From assembly GCF_006345805.1 (NCBI RefSeq), contig NC_042997.1, forward strand, positions 29,698,001 to 29,762,000: a stretch of DNA of 64,000 nt, read 5' to 3'. Of this stretch, positions 52,221-64,000 are shown piece after piece. A model generated the notes under the pieces. It had not been told where the DNA came from. It made no database searches and worked only from the letters and a program-made list of their open reading frames with translations. A program made the position numbers and the translations under genes. The stretch comes from Octopus sinensis. Lineage: Eukaryota. Every line of letters starts with the position of its first letter. Within the stretch, counting starts at the first letter, position 1.

Positions 52221-52725
52221 AAGAAGATATACTGGGGACGTTTAACATGTGAAAGCGAAATCTGTCCAAAAACATCGGGAATATAGACATCACATGGTGC
52301 AAAAAGTAACAGACAAAGTGTTGGACTATATTGGAGTAAGTAATACTCCTTGAAATTTATTTCTATTTTCCAAATGAAGTTATGTATTTCAACTGTATAT
52401 CTTCTCCATTACTCGCACATCACATGTAAACACGCTTGCCACATAACGAGCCAATCAACACCGGACCAGCTCCGTCCCAGGATATCATGCACAAAAAAAA
52501 TTTTAATAAATTAATACTGGTATTATTCAACCCAAGAATACCAAAGTGGAAGTACGTTTTTAAACTTGTTACACAAAAAGTACGAGAAAGTACAGGTGCA
52601 AAACCATTTAATACCAAAAATGAACGAACCGGTACCCTACGAAAATAATGACCGTCAACATAAAGGGCCGGACGTTATTTCCCATGTCACGCAAATAAAA
52701 TTTTAAAAAGCATAAATGGACATAA

Positions 52726-52950
52726 GTGGAGGCGCGTGGCTTAGTGGTTAGGGCGTCAGCATCATGATCGTAAGATTGTGGTTTCGATTCCTGGACCGGG
52801 CGATGCGTTGTATTCCTGAGCACATTGTTCCAGTCGACTCAGCTGGCAAAAATGAGTAACGCTGCGATGGACTGCAATGGACTAGCTGGGGAAAACATAA
52901 GCTATTGAAACCGGGAAACCGGGCCTATGAGCCTGGCTTTAAAAGGGCGC
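52726..52950 (+). mobile_element. tRNA-derived SINE (same head as the 16591 family, different body)
   Basis: GTGGAGGCGCGTGGCTTAGTGGTTAGGGCG...GTTTCGATTCCTGGACCGGGCG; A and B boxes are visible. Confidence 0.82.
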
Positions 52951-52971
52951 AATTAGTTATTATATTATTAT

Positions 52972-53017
<46 letters not shown>

Positions 53018-53230
53018 CGTGTGTGTGTGTGTGTGTGTGTAAAACATGAAGACAGGCGTAACATTTCCAACAAAAGTGAAGTAAACAACGAAAGACAACA
53101 AACCCAGACCGTAGGCATGTGTAATTATTAGCAAAATGCACCAAACTAGAACACCAAATATGAACGGGAGGGAATACGAAACACATCGCACCACCTCGCA
53201 CACACTACTACTAACTAATTCCCACATATT

Positions 53231-53279
<49 letters not shown>

Positions 53280-53649
53280 TTTGTATGTATATGTATATAT
53301 CATTCAACCACTACCGTGGTTGAATAAATTCTTAAGTCCACCATTTCTTCAATCGCAGCAGCTTCCAAGCTTCACCACTAATTCAGTTCTCAACTAAATT
53401 GCAAACTGTTAATAGTTTTAAGGAGGACAGCCCCTCAGCTACACTTTAGTATAAATAGTTTGAGATTTGGTTCAGTAGATAAGTTGCATCAAAATATCTG
53501 GGGGGCAGTAAGTCACCTATTCACTTTCAATCAACGTAAAAGTATACTTTTCTTAGGTTTAAATTATAGAAAAATGTAAGAGAAAAAGGGAGTAACGGTT
53601 CAGGTATAAGGAATAAATAATATATAACTAAAATGAATGCTTACGCTCT

Positions 53650-53889
53650 AAGACGACGAGCTGGCAGAAACGTTAGCACACCGGGCGAAATGCGTAGCCG
53701 TATTTCGTCTGCCGTTACGTTCTGAGTTCGAATTCCGCCGTGGTCGACTTTGCCTTTCATCCTTACGGGGCCGATAAAATAAGTACCAATTACGGACTGG
53801 GGTCGATATAATTGACTTAATCCGTTTGTCTGTCCTTGTTTGTCCACTCTGTGTTTAGCCCCTCGTGGGTAGTAAAGAAAGAAGTATTT
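53650..53889 (+). mobile_element. SINE (aaggcggcgagctggcaga family), near full length
   Basis: gagctggcagaaacgttagca...gagttcgaattccgcc (B box)...ccctcgtgggtagtaaagaaa. Confidence 0.9.
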
Positions 53890-54349
53890 AACCTGTGTTT
53901 ATTCTTTGAGTTCAATACGTACAGATTGTTAAATTAATATTTTTTAACTAATCAATTTGAAACTTCCGATACTGGTACAATGTGTCACATTCAACATGGT
54001 TTACTCCTAACGTTTTTGACAAAATTTTGTATTTTAGAAGTTATTTCGTCGCAAGTTACAGAGTGACAATGGACAAATTCTTGTTTGATAAGTGCCAATG
54101 CACGAAACGCTCAGGTTGGTTTTGACTTACTCTCTAACTTCTGCCGATGATATATTTGCATATTATACATATATGTGTAAAACAATCTCATCACACAATG
54201 AAAGAATCATTACCTGGTCGCTCGACACGCTAAAAATTGCAGCCAATGTATTCCCCTGCCCAGTATTTTATGAGGTAAATTCCTAAATTATTAATTGACA
54301 TGTTATTAATTATCTTATAATAGCAAAGCCTGGAAAAATCATGGTTTAA

Positions 54350-54878
54350 ATGGAAAAATGTGAGCATGAAAAGTAATATTCTTAAGATAATAAACCTGGA
54401 AAAGTGCAAGACATTTTGTTACACCTGTAAAGGTATAGGACAAACTATTACTTCAGGTAAAGTAAAGAATTAGAAACCTTTTACTTAAAATATTGCAGCT
54501 ATAATTAAAATTTGAATATTAAAAATTATTTTATTATAGTTTACAAATAACACTATGAATATTTAAGTAGAATTTGGCTAATATATTACTTTAAATATAG
54601 AAAAAGGTGACTAATTAGGCAAATTTACAAATTAGCTGAACGGTTTTGTACAATAAATTTAAAAGCTGAGAATTGTAGAGTGTGATAAATTAGAAGAACT
54701 GGCATTCTTTGCTGCAATAAAAAAAAGGAAACAAAAAAAATAGTAAAACGTTTCTTATTCTTTGCTTTACTTGAAGTAATAAGTTTTCTCCTATACTTTT
54801 ACAAGTGTAATAAATTGTCCTGTACTTTTCCAGAGTTATAATCTTGAGAATATTAATTATCATGCTCGTATTTTTTCA

Positions 54879-54879
<1 letters not shown>
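54350..54879. mobile_element. MITE-like element with long degenerate inverted arms
   Basis: ~54350-54485 is the reverse complement of ~54743-54879 at roughly 80% identity (estimated by eye), around a ~255-bp AT-rich spacer. Confidence 0.7.
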
Positions 54880-55160
<281 letters not shown>

Positions 55161-55180
55161 TTAGAAATGAAAGTATATAC

Positions 55181-55445
55181 GACGAGCTGGCAGAAGTGTG
55201 AGCACGCCGGGTGAAATGCGTAGTGGTATTTCGTCTGCGTTACGTTGTGAGTTCAAATTCCGCCGAGGTCGTCTTTGCCTTTCATCCTTTCGGGGTCGAT
55301 AAATTAAGTACCAGTTACGCACTGGGGTCGATGTAATCGACTTAATACCTATGTCTGTCCTTGTTTGTCCCCTCTGTGTTTAGCCCCTTGTGGGTAATAA
55401 AGAAATAGGTATTTCGTCTGCCGTTACGTTCTGAGTTCAAATTCC
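55181..55445 (+). mobile_element. SINE with a partial tandem second unit
   Basis: Same family as the 53650 copy. After the 3' end the sequence re-enters at ggtatttcgtctgccgttacg (55408-55445). Confidence 0.88.
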
Positions 55446-56179
55446 AAGCGATTTGCTATTAAAGGAATATATGGAACGAAGTGAAGAGTGATTTTATTTG
55501 AAGCCTCTTATAGGCTTTAGCATCCAATTCGGTCCTGATAAATTAAAGAGTAAAATCTATTAATACTATAATCATCAATCTTGTAGTAACATACCAGCGA
55601 TCACCTGAAGCAATTTTAGAACATTGATCAAAAGTGTCCAAAACGTTCAGATAAAATGTTATCATTATTTACAAAATGATTTTAAAATTCATGAACATAT
55701 GATAATCAATTAATAATGAAGGAAGTGTTTCCTTAATTTTGAACGAAGTATATCTGTGTAAACCATTTGAAGGAGATGGCATGATTAGTATTTCTAATAT
55801 AGACAGTGAAAAATGCATTTTAAATATCGCCCATTATCATCTAAGGAATTATTTCTGCTTGGACTTGGAAAGCTAGGCAAAGATCATAAGGTATTAGGCC
55901 CAAATTCATATAATTTTGTAACAATTCACCTATGCATTCAAGCACACAGTAATTTCTTTAATACTGTTTGCCGGAGTACTAGCTCTCATGTTACTATTGG
56001 CGGTGTTATCCCTACAACTCAAAGGTGAATAAAATCAAAATAAGCAACAAGATATCAAGAGATGCAGTACAACCATTTGAAGCGGCTCCATTTAATTGAA
56101 CAATGCAATCGTTATATCAATTTAAATGCAAGGCTATCCTCAGCTGCATAAATAGTATTTTTAATCAGTTGGACACGTA

Positions 56180-57416
56180 CGAGGGGCGTTCAATAAGTAA
56201 TGCCCCTGACCCACTTCCCATAGCAGTAGAGCAACGAAACTTGGCACAGTTATTAGTCTTCTTCTACATAGAAACCAATCAGAGTTACGCAGTTCTCCCA
56301 TCGTTTGATGCAGTTCTGGAGACCGTTTTTGTAGAAGACCCCAGCTTGGTCCTCCAACCACGACGTGACTTCAGAAATCAAGGCTGCATCATCTGGGAAA
56401 CGCTTTCCTTTCAAAAACAACTTCATGGCTGGGAAGAAGTGAAAATCCGAGGGTGCAAGGTCAAGAGAGTAGGGGCATGGGAGAGGAGTTCATAGCCGCA
56501 CGCCTGTGCTTCTGATCTGGGGACCATCGAGTTGTGGACCGGAGGGTTGTCTTACAGGAGGAGGATGCCTTTACTGATCTTGCCCCGCCTCTTGATTTTG
56601 ATAGCTTCTCTTAATTTCATCAAAAGTGAAGCATAATAGGCTCCTGTAATTGTGGTACCCTTTGCCAGGAAATCTGTCATCACTACTCCGTCCTGGTCCC
56701 AGAAGACTGTGAGTATGACCTTGCTAGCGGAGGGATGCACCCTTGCCTTCTTTGGAGGAGGTGAGTCACGGAGCTTCCACTGCATTGACTGGGCTTTTGT
56801 CTCTGGATCATAGTGATGGACCCAGGTTTCATCCTGTGTAATCAGCCTTTTGAAAAATTTTGACTCATCTTCTTGGCACATCTCCAAATTCATCCTCGAG
56901 CACTCGACGCGTTCTTGCTTCCGGAAAGGTGTGAGCAACCTGGGAATCCATCTGGCAGACACCGTTTGCATATGCAAATGGTCATGAATGATTGGTTTCC
57001 ACAGACCCGGTACTAATCTTGACCTCATGGGCTATTTGGCGAACTTCCAAAATGGCAGCCTCAACTTGACGGACAGACGCCTCATCAATAGCAGTAGGGG
57101 GGCGACCAGATCTGGGAGCTGTTTCCACAGAGTTCCGACCATGTTTGAATTCACAATGCCAGCGTTTTACAAGGTCATATGATGGGGCATCATCACCATA
57201 AGTTACTTTCATTTCATCAAAAGTCTCCCGTGATGTGCGTCCTTTCAAATATAAAAAGCGGATCACTGCCCGACACTCAACAGGCTCCATTTCACACTTG
57301 AACTATTCTCCTCGAGAACTATTCTCCTCGAGAACTATTCTCCTCGAGAATAGTTCAGTTATCACTAATAACTTCATACATTCATCGACTGAGCCATAAA
57401 CCATTCGCGGCCCCAC
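56180..57416 (-). mobile_element. Mariner (DD34D) transposon, irritans-like, full length, with stops and frameshifts
   Basis: ORFs 56982-57290 (RAVIRFLYLKG...WHCEFKHGR...PRSGRP) and 56552-57028 (WIPRLL...ITQDETW), then L*DNPPVH and YSLDLAPSDF. Left TIR TA|cgaggggcgttcaataagt. The right TIR is degenerate and ends ccccac|TA. Confidence 0.92.
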
Positions 57417-57459
57417 TACGCACCCGACATATACAAATATACTTTTATATATATATATA

Positions 57460-58200
57460 TACATCTAAGATAGGATAAAATTTAAAAAAAAACAATTTTA
57501 TCAATGACCAGCATATTAAAAAATACCTTTTAAAGGTTAAATTTATAAATAACTTATAACACGAGGGCAAAAGAAAAAAACATTCTAATGCCAAATATGC
57601 CGGAAATAGACAAATTGTCAATAACCATTATAATTTATCACTATTAACATGCATCTCGAAACTAGCCGACAGAAATTTCTAAAAAATTCCGATATTACCG
57701 TATTGGTCCCAATTTCAAAGTTAATTCATAAGAATTTTCTCCTCGTCAGCGATAAATACGTAAGACATAAATGAAATACATACTGATACCCATTCCATGG
57801 GTATGAGTAAGTATACAGAGATTATAAGCAATGTAAGATTCTCTTAAACTTGGTCATTCCCAGGAGGGAATTTATATAGAGTGTAGAAGAGTCAAGGTTT
57901 GTATTTAAAATGACCTAAAAATAGGGAGTGTATTAGTATGGTTAAATTGAAATCAGAGAGGAATGAAATTGAGACAAAAAAGAGAGAATAAAGAGGAGAG
58001 AAAGAAAGAATGAAAGAGAAAGGAGAGAGAAGATAAGTAAAAATAACAAAATAATAAAAAAAAATAAAAGACAAAATCCCTGAAGATATGAATAAAGGGA
58101 ATAAAAAAAGAAAAAAGAAAAATTAAGATATAGATCAGTGGTGAGGCAAATATATGAAGAATTAAGGAAATAGCAGTGTTAAGTAGTCTGAGAAAATATG
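57460..58200 (-). mobile_element. PLE-type non-coding repeat with a decayed hammerhead-like motif
   Basis: The minus strand reads atttatcg-CTGACGAG...ttc-GAGA-tgcatgtta-atag-tgataaat (57633-57757). It lies adjacent to (TA)n. Confidence 0.35.
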
Positions 58201-58316
58201 TATGTGAAGATGTATATACATGTATATGGCAGAAAAGTTGCAAAAGATAAGTTACAAATACAAGCCTTATTCGCATGCGTATGCCCTCATACACGCTCAC
58301 TTATACGCTCATCCTC

Positions 58317-58334
58317 ATATATATATATATATAT

Positions 58335-58432
<98 letters not shown>

Positions 58433-58485
58433 GTATGCATGTATGTATGTATGTACGTATATATGTATGTTTGTATGTATGTATA
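58317..58485. repeat. (TA)n/(TATG)n microsatellite
   Basis: Directly visible. Confidence 0.95.
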
Positions 58486-60399
58486 TTAGAGTCTTCCGCA
58501 AAATATCCCTCCACAAATATTCATTGACAATCCATTGTTCACTCCAAATAATCCTATAGCGTACTTCTCTTGCTTTGGCATAAGGGGATCAAACACGGAC
58601 ACACTTGGTTGCGAAGCAAACTTTGTAACCACGTGAATAGCTATTTGCATTTTCCGGAAATGCAAAAGTTGAAAACAAAAGTCTTCTATTAATTCTTATA
58701 AATGCATTTACCAATGAAACTTTAGATGATTCAATGTTACTAACGATAAAATAGACGGTCTTTTAATATATCAATGCGCTTGAAACAGGCGAACCAATTA
58801 GTTACGTTACTGAAGCTATTTCTATAGGTTAATCTAAAGACGTAATGTCATTTTTGCCGTCCATTATATGTTTAGATGTAACGATTATGTGCATTTCTTA
58901 TTTATTCATTTAGAAATAAATTAGATAAAAGGATTTTAGGAATTGATACGCATTAGCAGTGATTTAATTATTATAGCTTTGGAGATTGTTTACTGAAGCA
59001 TCAGAAATAAGTTTCCTTCCAGCTTCGTTAATGATTAAAGTGTTTGTTGTTCGTTTTGTTCAGTAAACACACTTGACTTCAATCAACTTTTGCCCTGTAA
59101 GTATGTTTTATTTTATTTCTTCGTAAGAGAAGTCCGATTTCCTCGTAAATCAGTTTCTAACAGAGATTCAATGCCTAGAATATGGCATTTTCTTTTTTGG
59201 ACGTTCAACAAATCGACCCATTTTTGGCGTGACATTTATGTTTTTATTTTGGAATCTATCATTCGCCGAGTCTATGTTTAATTGGCTGTAGAAGGTGGTT
59301 ACGAAAGCCGTAGCGTTTATCTTGAAATTTTGTATGCAAGAAGCCAGAGATTATTTACCTGTTAGCATTTACATATATGCTAAATCATCTTTATAATACA
59401 ACTTATATATTGTAGTAAAATGTACATGTTCTTTGTTTTTAAACGCACTGTTTAAAACTAGCTTCACCTGAGCTAATACAAACTAGAAATGTTAAATATC
59501 TCTCAACTCGGAGAAAGTTTGTGAACAAAATATTGCAGAACATTTTGTTTGCGTATGCCCGTCCCCTGATTATATGCATATGTGAGAAACAAATTTGCTA
59601 CTTCACCGGGCCATATGTTTCAATCAGGGATTCAGAAAAAGTAGTCATTCTCAACGGATATTAATTTGGCACATAATGTGTTGTATTGAAATATCAAAAG
59701 CGAAATTGGAAAGACTTCTGCAATAGTAATTACAAGAATTGTCTCTAAACATGGCCTGAAATATAGTGGAGAGGCTAGTTAATTATATCTGCTCCAGTAT
59801 TTCATTGCAGCTCTTTGTATAATGCATAACTACAGAATATAAATTGTTTCCCACTGGTCAGGCAACATGCGACAGAAAAATACCAACCAAATCAACACAA
59901 CACCACAGTATTTTTTCACAATGTAACCACACACACATTTATTGTAAGAAATAATATTTAACATATCAGCACGTACGTTAAATGATGTTATAATTATAAT
60001 TATATGATAAACTTAGGAATTACTATTATCTTTGCAGTTTTCGAACTAATTCTGAGATAAGGCAAGTACGATGTATGCTATTGTTGACTTGTATACTTGT
60101 ACCATTCGCAAGTACTGAAATTCCATAACAGCACTTGATATTCAAGATGTAATGTTAGGTCTTAAAGCAGAATTGTGTGAAGCCTAATATAATGCTGTTT
60201 CGTCAATGTTTAGATTCGTTGCGCCGATTTCAAACATTTAAATAAAACTGACATCTAATTTGTCTTCTACTCACTGTCATTAAATGTAAATGAAACACTA
60301 GATTGTATTTAAATGACTATAATCATTCTATGTAAAATTTTTCGCTCTTATAAAGAGAAAGTGAAGGAATTTACTTCACAGAAATATTTACTGAAATTA

Positions 60400-60610
60400 A
60401 CGCAGCAAACTGAACAGGATCGTTCCCACGTTTGGCAAAATGCTTAGCAGCATTTCTTCCGGTTTTACGTTCGGAGATGAAACTCCACCGAAGTTGGCTT
60501 CGTCTTTAATCTTTTTTAAATAAGTATTGTTCGAACATTAGGGTCAAAATAATCGCCCCATCCCGTAGCCCGAAATTGCTAGCTTTATGCCAAACTTTAA
60601 AACTAATATT
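60400..60610 (+). mobile_element. Old diverged SINE copy
   Basis: ggcaaaatgcttagcagcatttc...ttacgttc...ccaccgaagttggcttcgtcttt is colinear with the SINE family. Confidence 0.6.
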
Positions 60611-61250
60611 TAATGTAATGCATTCCTGCCGAGCTGGAATATTGTTAAACTAATATTACAGTGCTTTATCCTGATATATATGTATAATGCTAATGGATGG
60701 AAGGCAGATATATAAGAGCAACTCCCAAAATATTCGTCTATTTTGCAATTCTTTTAGACGAGACCTGTAACTATGTATTATTTTCGCAGAACTCGCATAC
60801 TGCTATTACCTTAGTTCGACCTGTACATGATGGCTAATGTCTCATTTCCAGAAATAATTGCGCTTAATTGTATTTAACACCATGACTATAAGATATGAGT
60901 TGGTTCAAAGTGAAAATAGCAACAACGTGACAGAAAGCGTAAAGTCTAGAACCCTTGCCGCATCGTACTTCGTGACGTTCGTTTAACTTCTGAAGTCATG
61001 TTGTAGTAGGTATTACTAGTTAATTATTACTATCAATTTAATCATCCGTGCTTGTCTTTAGAATGTATGAGTTTTTACCGAAGCAGGGACTTAATAATGT
61101 TTTTCAGTATACAAGTCTTGTTGGAACCGTCTTAGTGATCATCAACTCATCTAGATTATTTCAAACAATCGCCAGTTAAATTGACGCTTCTTCCTCTTTA
61201 TCAACTTGAGGTTTAACTTAATGTATGAAATAGTTATTATTATTATTATT

Positions 61251-61675
61251 CAGTAGTTTTATTTTTATAGCGTGCTTTCACTTCACTACCGAGCGCAGCT
61301 CTGTGTGCCTTGGGTATGTGCTGTGATTTGTTGTGATGCTCTGATGGTTATTGTATGGAAAGTGTTCTGCGTAGGATGTGTGCAGTGCCTAGTAGTGCAA
61401 TTTTCTGTATGTTATATGTGTTTGTAAGTCCTGGTGTTTTTGTTATGTATTTGTCTGAATATTTTTTTATCATGCCTAATGCACCTACTATGATAGGAAT
61501 TGTTTCTGTTTTCAGGTTCCACATTCTGGTTACCTCTATTTCCAGGTCTTTGTATTTTGAGAGTTTCTCCATTTCTTTTAGAGACACGTTGTCATCTGCC
61601 GGTATTGATACATCAATTAGAAAGCATTTTTTTTCTTCGTGATCTCTGACAACTATATCTGGTCTGTTGGCCATT
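61251..61675 (-). mobile_element. Young R4/Dong-type LINE 3' end with an open REL endonuclease frame, inserted in (TAA)n
   Basis: ANRPDIVVRDHEEKKCFLIDVSIPADDNVSLKEMEKLSKYKDLEIEVTRMWNLKTETIPIIVGALG...LLGTAHILRRTLSIQ* (PD-(D/E)xK type). Both flanks are (TTA)n. Confidence 0.93.
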
Positions 61676-61714
61676 ATTATTATTATTGTTATTGTTATTA
61701 TTATTATTATTATT

Positions 61715-61750
<36 letters not shown>

Positions 61751-62694
61751 TCATTGAACAACTTTTAAATAGTTAATGTCTTGTTATGTTTCCTCTGATT
61801 TTCCTTTACATATTATAATAGCTTTCTTTGTGAATTTAGGCTGACTTCGTTTATAATTTTTCTATTAACATTGATTCAAAATATAAAATGTTTTGGCCAT
61901 ATTTGGTGATTCAAAATTAAGCGAATGATGTTTCATGACAATTAATTCCAAATGAAATGCAAAAAAGAGAAAAGACTAAATTAATATTACATGTTATATT
62001 TCCCAGCGTATGTAATCTTTGTGAAAATTAAATAGCATTTCTAATTAAGTTAATCGTGGTGACATGATAATATATTCCTGTGAGCAGTTTATTTGCATTA
62101 CATTATTCAGTTATTTTGAATAAATTTTTCTTCCACGATTCATACAATGTTATTTGGTTATTCTAAGAATATATCGTAGATGAGTGTTTTGCTTTTAGTT
62201 TTATTTGTTTTAAAAGCTGGAGCAAAATCCACCCACCATTCCTTTGTGCTACATAAAACAGTTCATCGTCAGAGTCGTTATATAAAAGAAATATTTAATC
62301 TAAAACTACATACAACATGAAAACAAAATTGATATAATCATAAAGTGGAATGAAACATAATTTGAATTTTTGCTATCGACTTAATTACATAATAATACAT
62401 CATGGAACTAATTAATTCAGAAATTCGTGGTATACTGGGGTTAGCTAAAAACATAATGTTTTGTAAACTATACTACACTTCGTAGATTTTCCCCAAAAGG
62501 TGTAAGGATATAATACAGTGAAAGATACTACAAATATAGAAACTGCTGCGTTACAAATCATACAAGAGATGTTATATTTGCAGTAGTCAAATACGGGATG
62601 GAATATTTTTGCCTGCTACCACTATAATTCAGAGCATTATCAGAACGCTGCCACGAGAATTATTTGAGGGGTGAATACATATACATACATATAT

Positions 62695-63110
62695 ACTGAG
62701 GGATCGGAGTTCTCTTTCAAACAGGATCAACGTTTTACAGTGATTAACAACTTCACAAGTGCATCAGAAAATCTAACTTATGTATCAACTTGCTCTGAGT
62801 GTCGAGAGCAATATATAGGCCAAATCAAACGCAGTCTACGCTCAAGGATGGCTCTACATAGATCACAGATCAAAATTCGGGAATACAGAAAAATAGAATT
62901 CAGCCAACACAACGATGTCTGCGCTACTAACAAGCAACCCAGTTTCCGAATTGTTTCCCCCTATAACTTCAGGGACGACGCAACCTGTAGTCAGCGCATT
63001 AGTAAAGAGTTTATTTTATCACAAAATATAAAGCCTTTTTGAATGTCTCCACCCCAAATAAGATTATTACAAGGGCCTTGGAATATTACCCACTGAAATA
63101 TTAAATTCGT
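62695..63110 (+). mobile_element. Penelope-like element GIY-YIG fragment
   Basis: EGSEFSFKQDQRFTV...SENLTYVSTCSECREQYIGQIKRSLRSRMALHRSQI. Confidence 0.88.
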
Positions 63111-63359
63111 TATATTCAGAATAGTCACTACTATTACAACCACAACAGGTAACTTTTAGGTCATTTGACCATTTAAAAGGATTCAACCAACATCGTACTA
63201 CTGTCATAACACACCTGCATTTTTATTGTTGTTGTTGTTGTTGTCGTTGTTGTTGTTCTTCTTCTTCTTCTTCTTCTTCTTCTTCTTCTTCACCACCCCC
63301 TTTCTCAACTATCACTGCTGCTTAAACGATCAAAACCAAGAACTCATATCAAATATTAA

Positions 63360-63557
63360 GTTTAAGTTAATTGAGTTAATTATTTGGCTCAAAAAGCAAA
63401 AAGCAAGGCCATGTAGGGGGACATGGAGTTATGAACGGGGAGGGTGTTCATGCAAAGAGTTCAGGCCATTTCTGGTCAAGAGAGACTTTGAACCGAGGGG
63501 TCGTTGGCATCTTCACTATCTCGTCCGGCAGCTTATTCCACGGATCCGCAACCCGGA
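63360..63557 (-). mobile_element. CR1-clade LINE 3' end
   Basis: The minus frame reads RVADPWNKLPDEIVKMPTTPRFKVSLDQKWPELFA*, the classic CR1 ORF2 terminus. The 3' UTR has a ccatgt-cccct-acatgg hairpin and short terminal repeats. Confidence 0.85.
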
Positions 63558-64000
63558 TGGGGCTGGATTGTGTGAGGTAGTGTTACGAGGGAGGGGTAAC
63601 GATGAAGGGAGAGGGAGAAGGGAGAAGGTGGATAGGAGTGCAGAGAAGAGAGGAGAGTAGTAGTGAAGAGAAGAGTAGGAGTCGGAGAAAGGGAGGAGAG
63701 GTGGGTGGGAGAAAGTAGGTGTGAGAGGGAGAGAGGAGTAGAGAGGTGGTTAGATAAAGAAGGGACGAGAGTTGAGCCCATGTGGCGCAAAGTAGCCGAA
63801 ACGGGAGCCCGGATGGCCCCTGTGCAAGGACAATCCGAACACACACCGGAGTAAGCAGATAAATGCGATAAAACGTGGAAAAACAGTAATCGAATACCAG
63901 AAGTAGAGTAATATGCTTTATTTAATAGCAGCAGAAATATCACAAAAACTGTTACTCAGAGTTTTACGTTCCTGTTCGTTTGACGAACGGGCACCTGAAA

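Noticed and set aside
57300-57357. CRISPR-like short repeats
   Set aside because: The repeats are directly tandem without spacers, the context is eukaryotic and there are no cas genes.

Overview
This is AT-rich, microsatellite-dense eukaryotic DNA. The repeat repertoire (tRNA-headed SINEs, Penelope-like elements, R4/Dong-type LINEs in (TAA)n, non-autonomous Helitrons) is most consistent with an octopus or other cephalopod genome; that is an inference. No intact host protein-coding gene or convincing exon could be supported, and most ORF-track entries are microsatellite artefacts or decayed transposon frames. The standout is a near-complete 7SL (SRP) RNA copy on the minus strand (18888-19175). 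It lacks about 10 nt at the 5' end and is fused directly to an A-rich linker, a LINE/SINE-type 3' tail and (TCAA)n. It is either a chimeric retrocopy or a candidate 7SL-derived SINE. Other notable items: several hammerhead-ribozyme-like motifs, two inside ~360-390 bp units bounded by direct repeats (retrozyme or PLE-terminal-repeat-like); a Chapaev3-like transposase fragment sandwiched between inverted Penelope fragments; mosaic Helitrons; a 91-bp-arm hairpin; and full-length but dead Tc1 and mariner elements. All coordinates were read by eye and may be off by a few bases.
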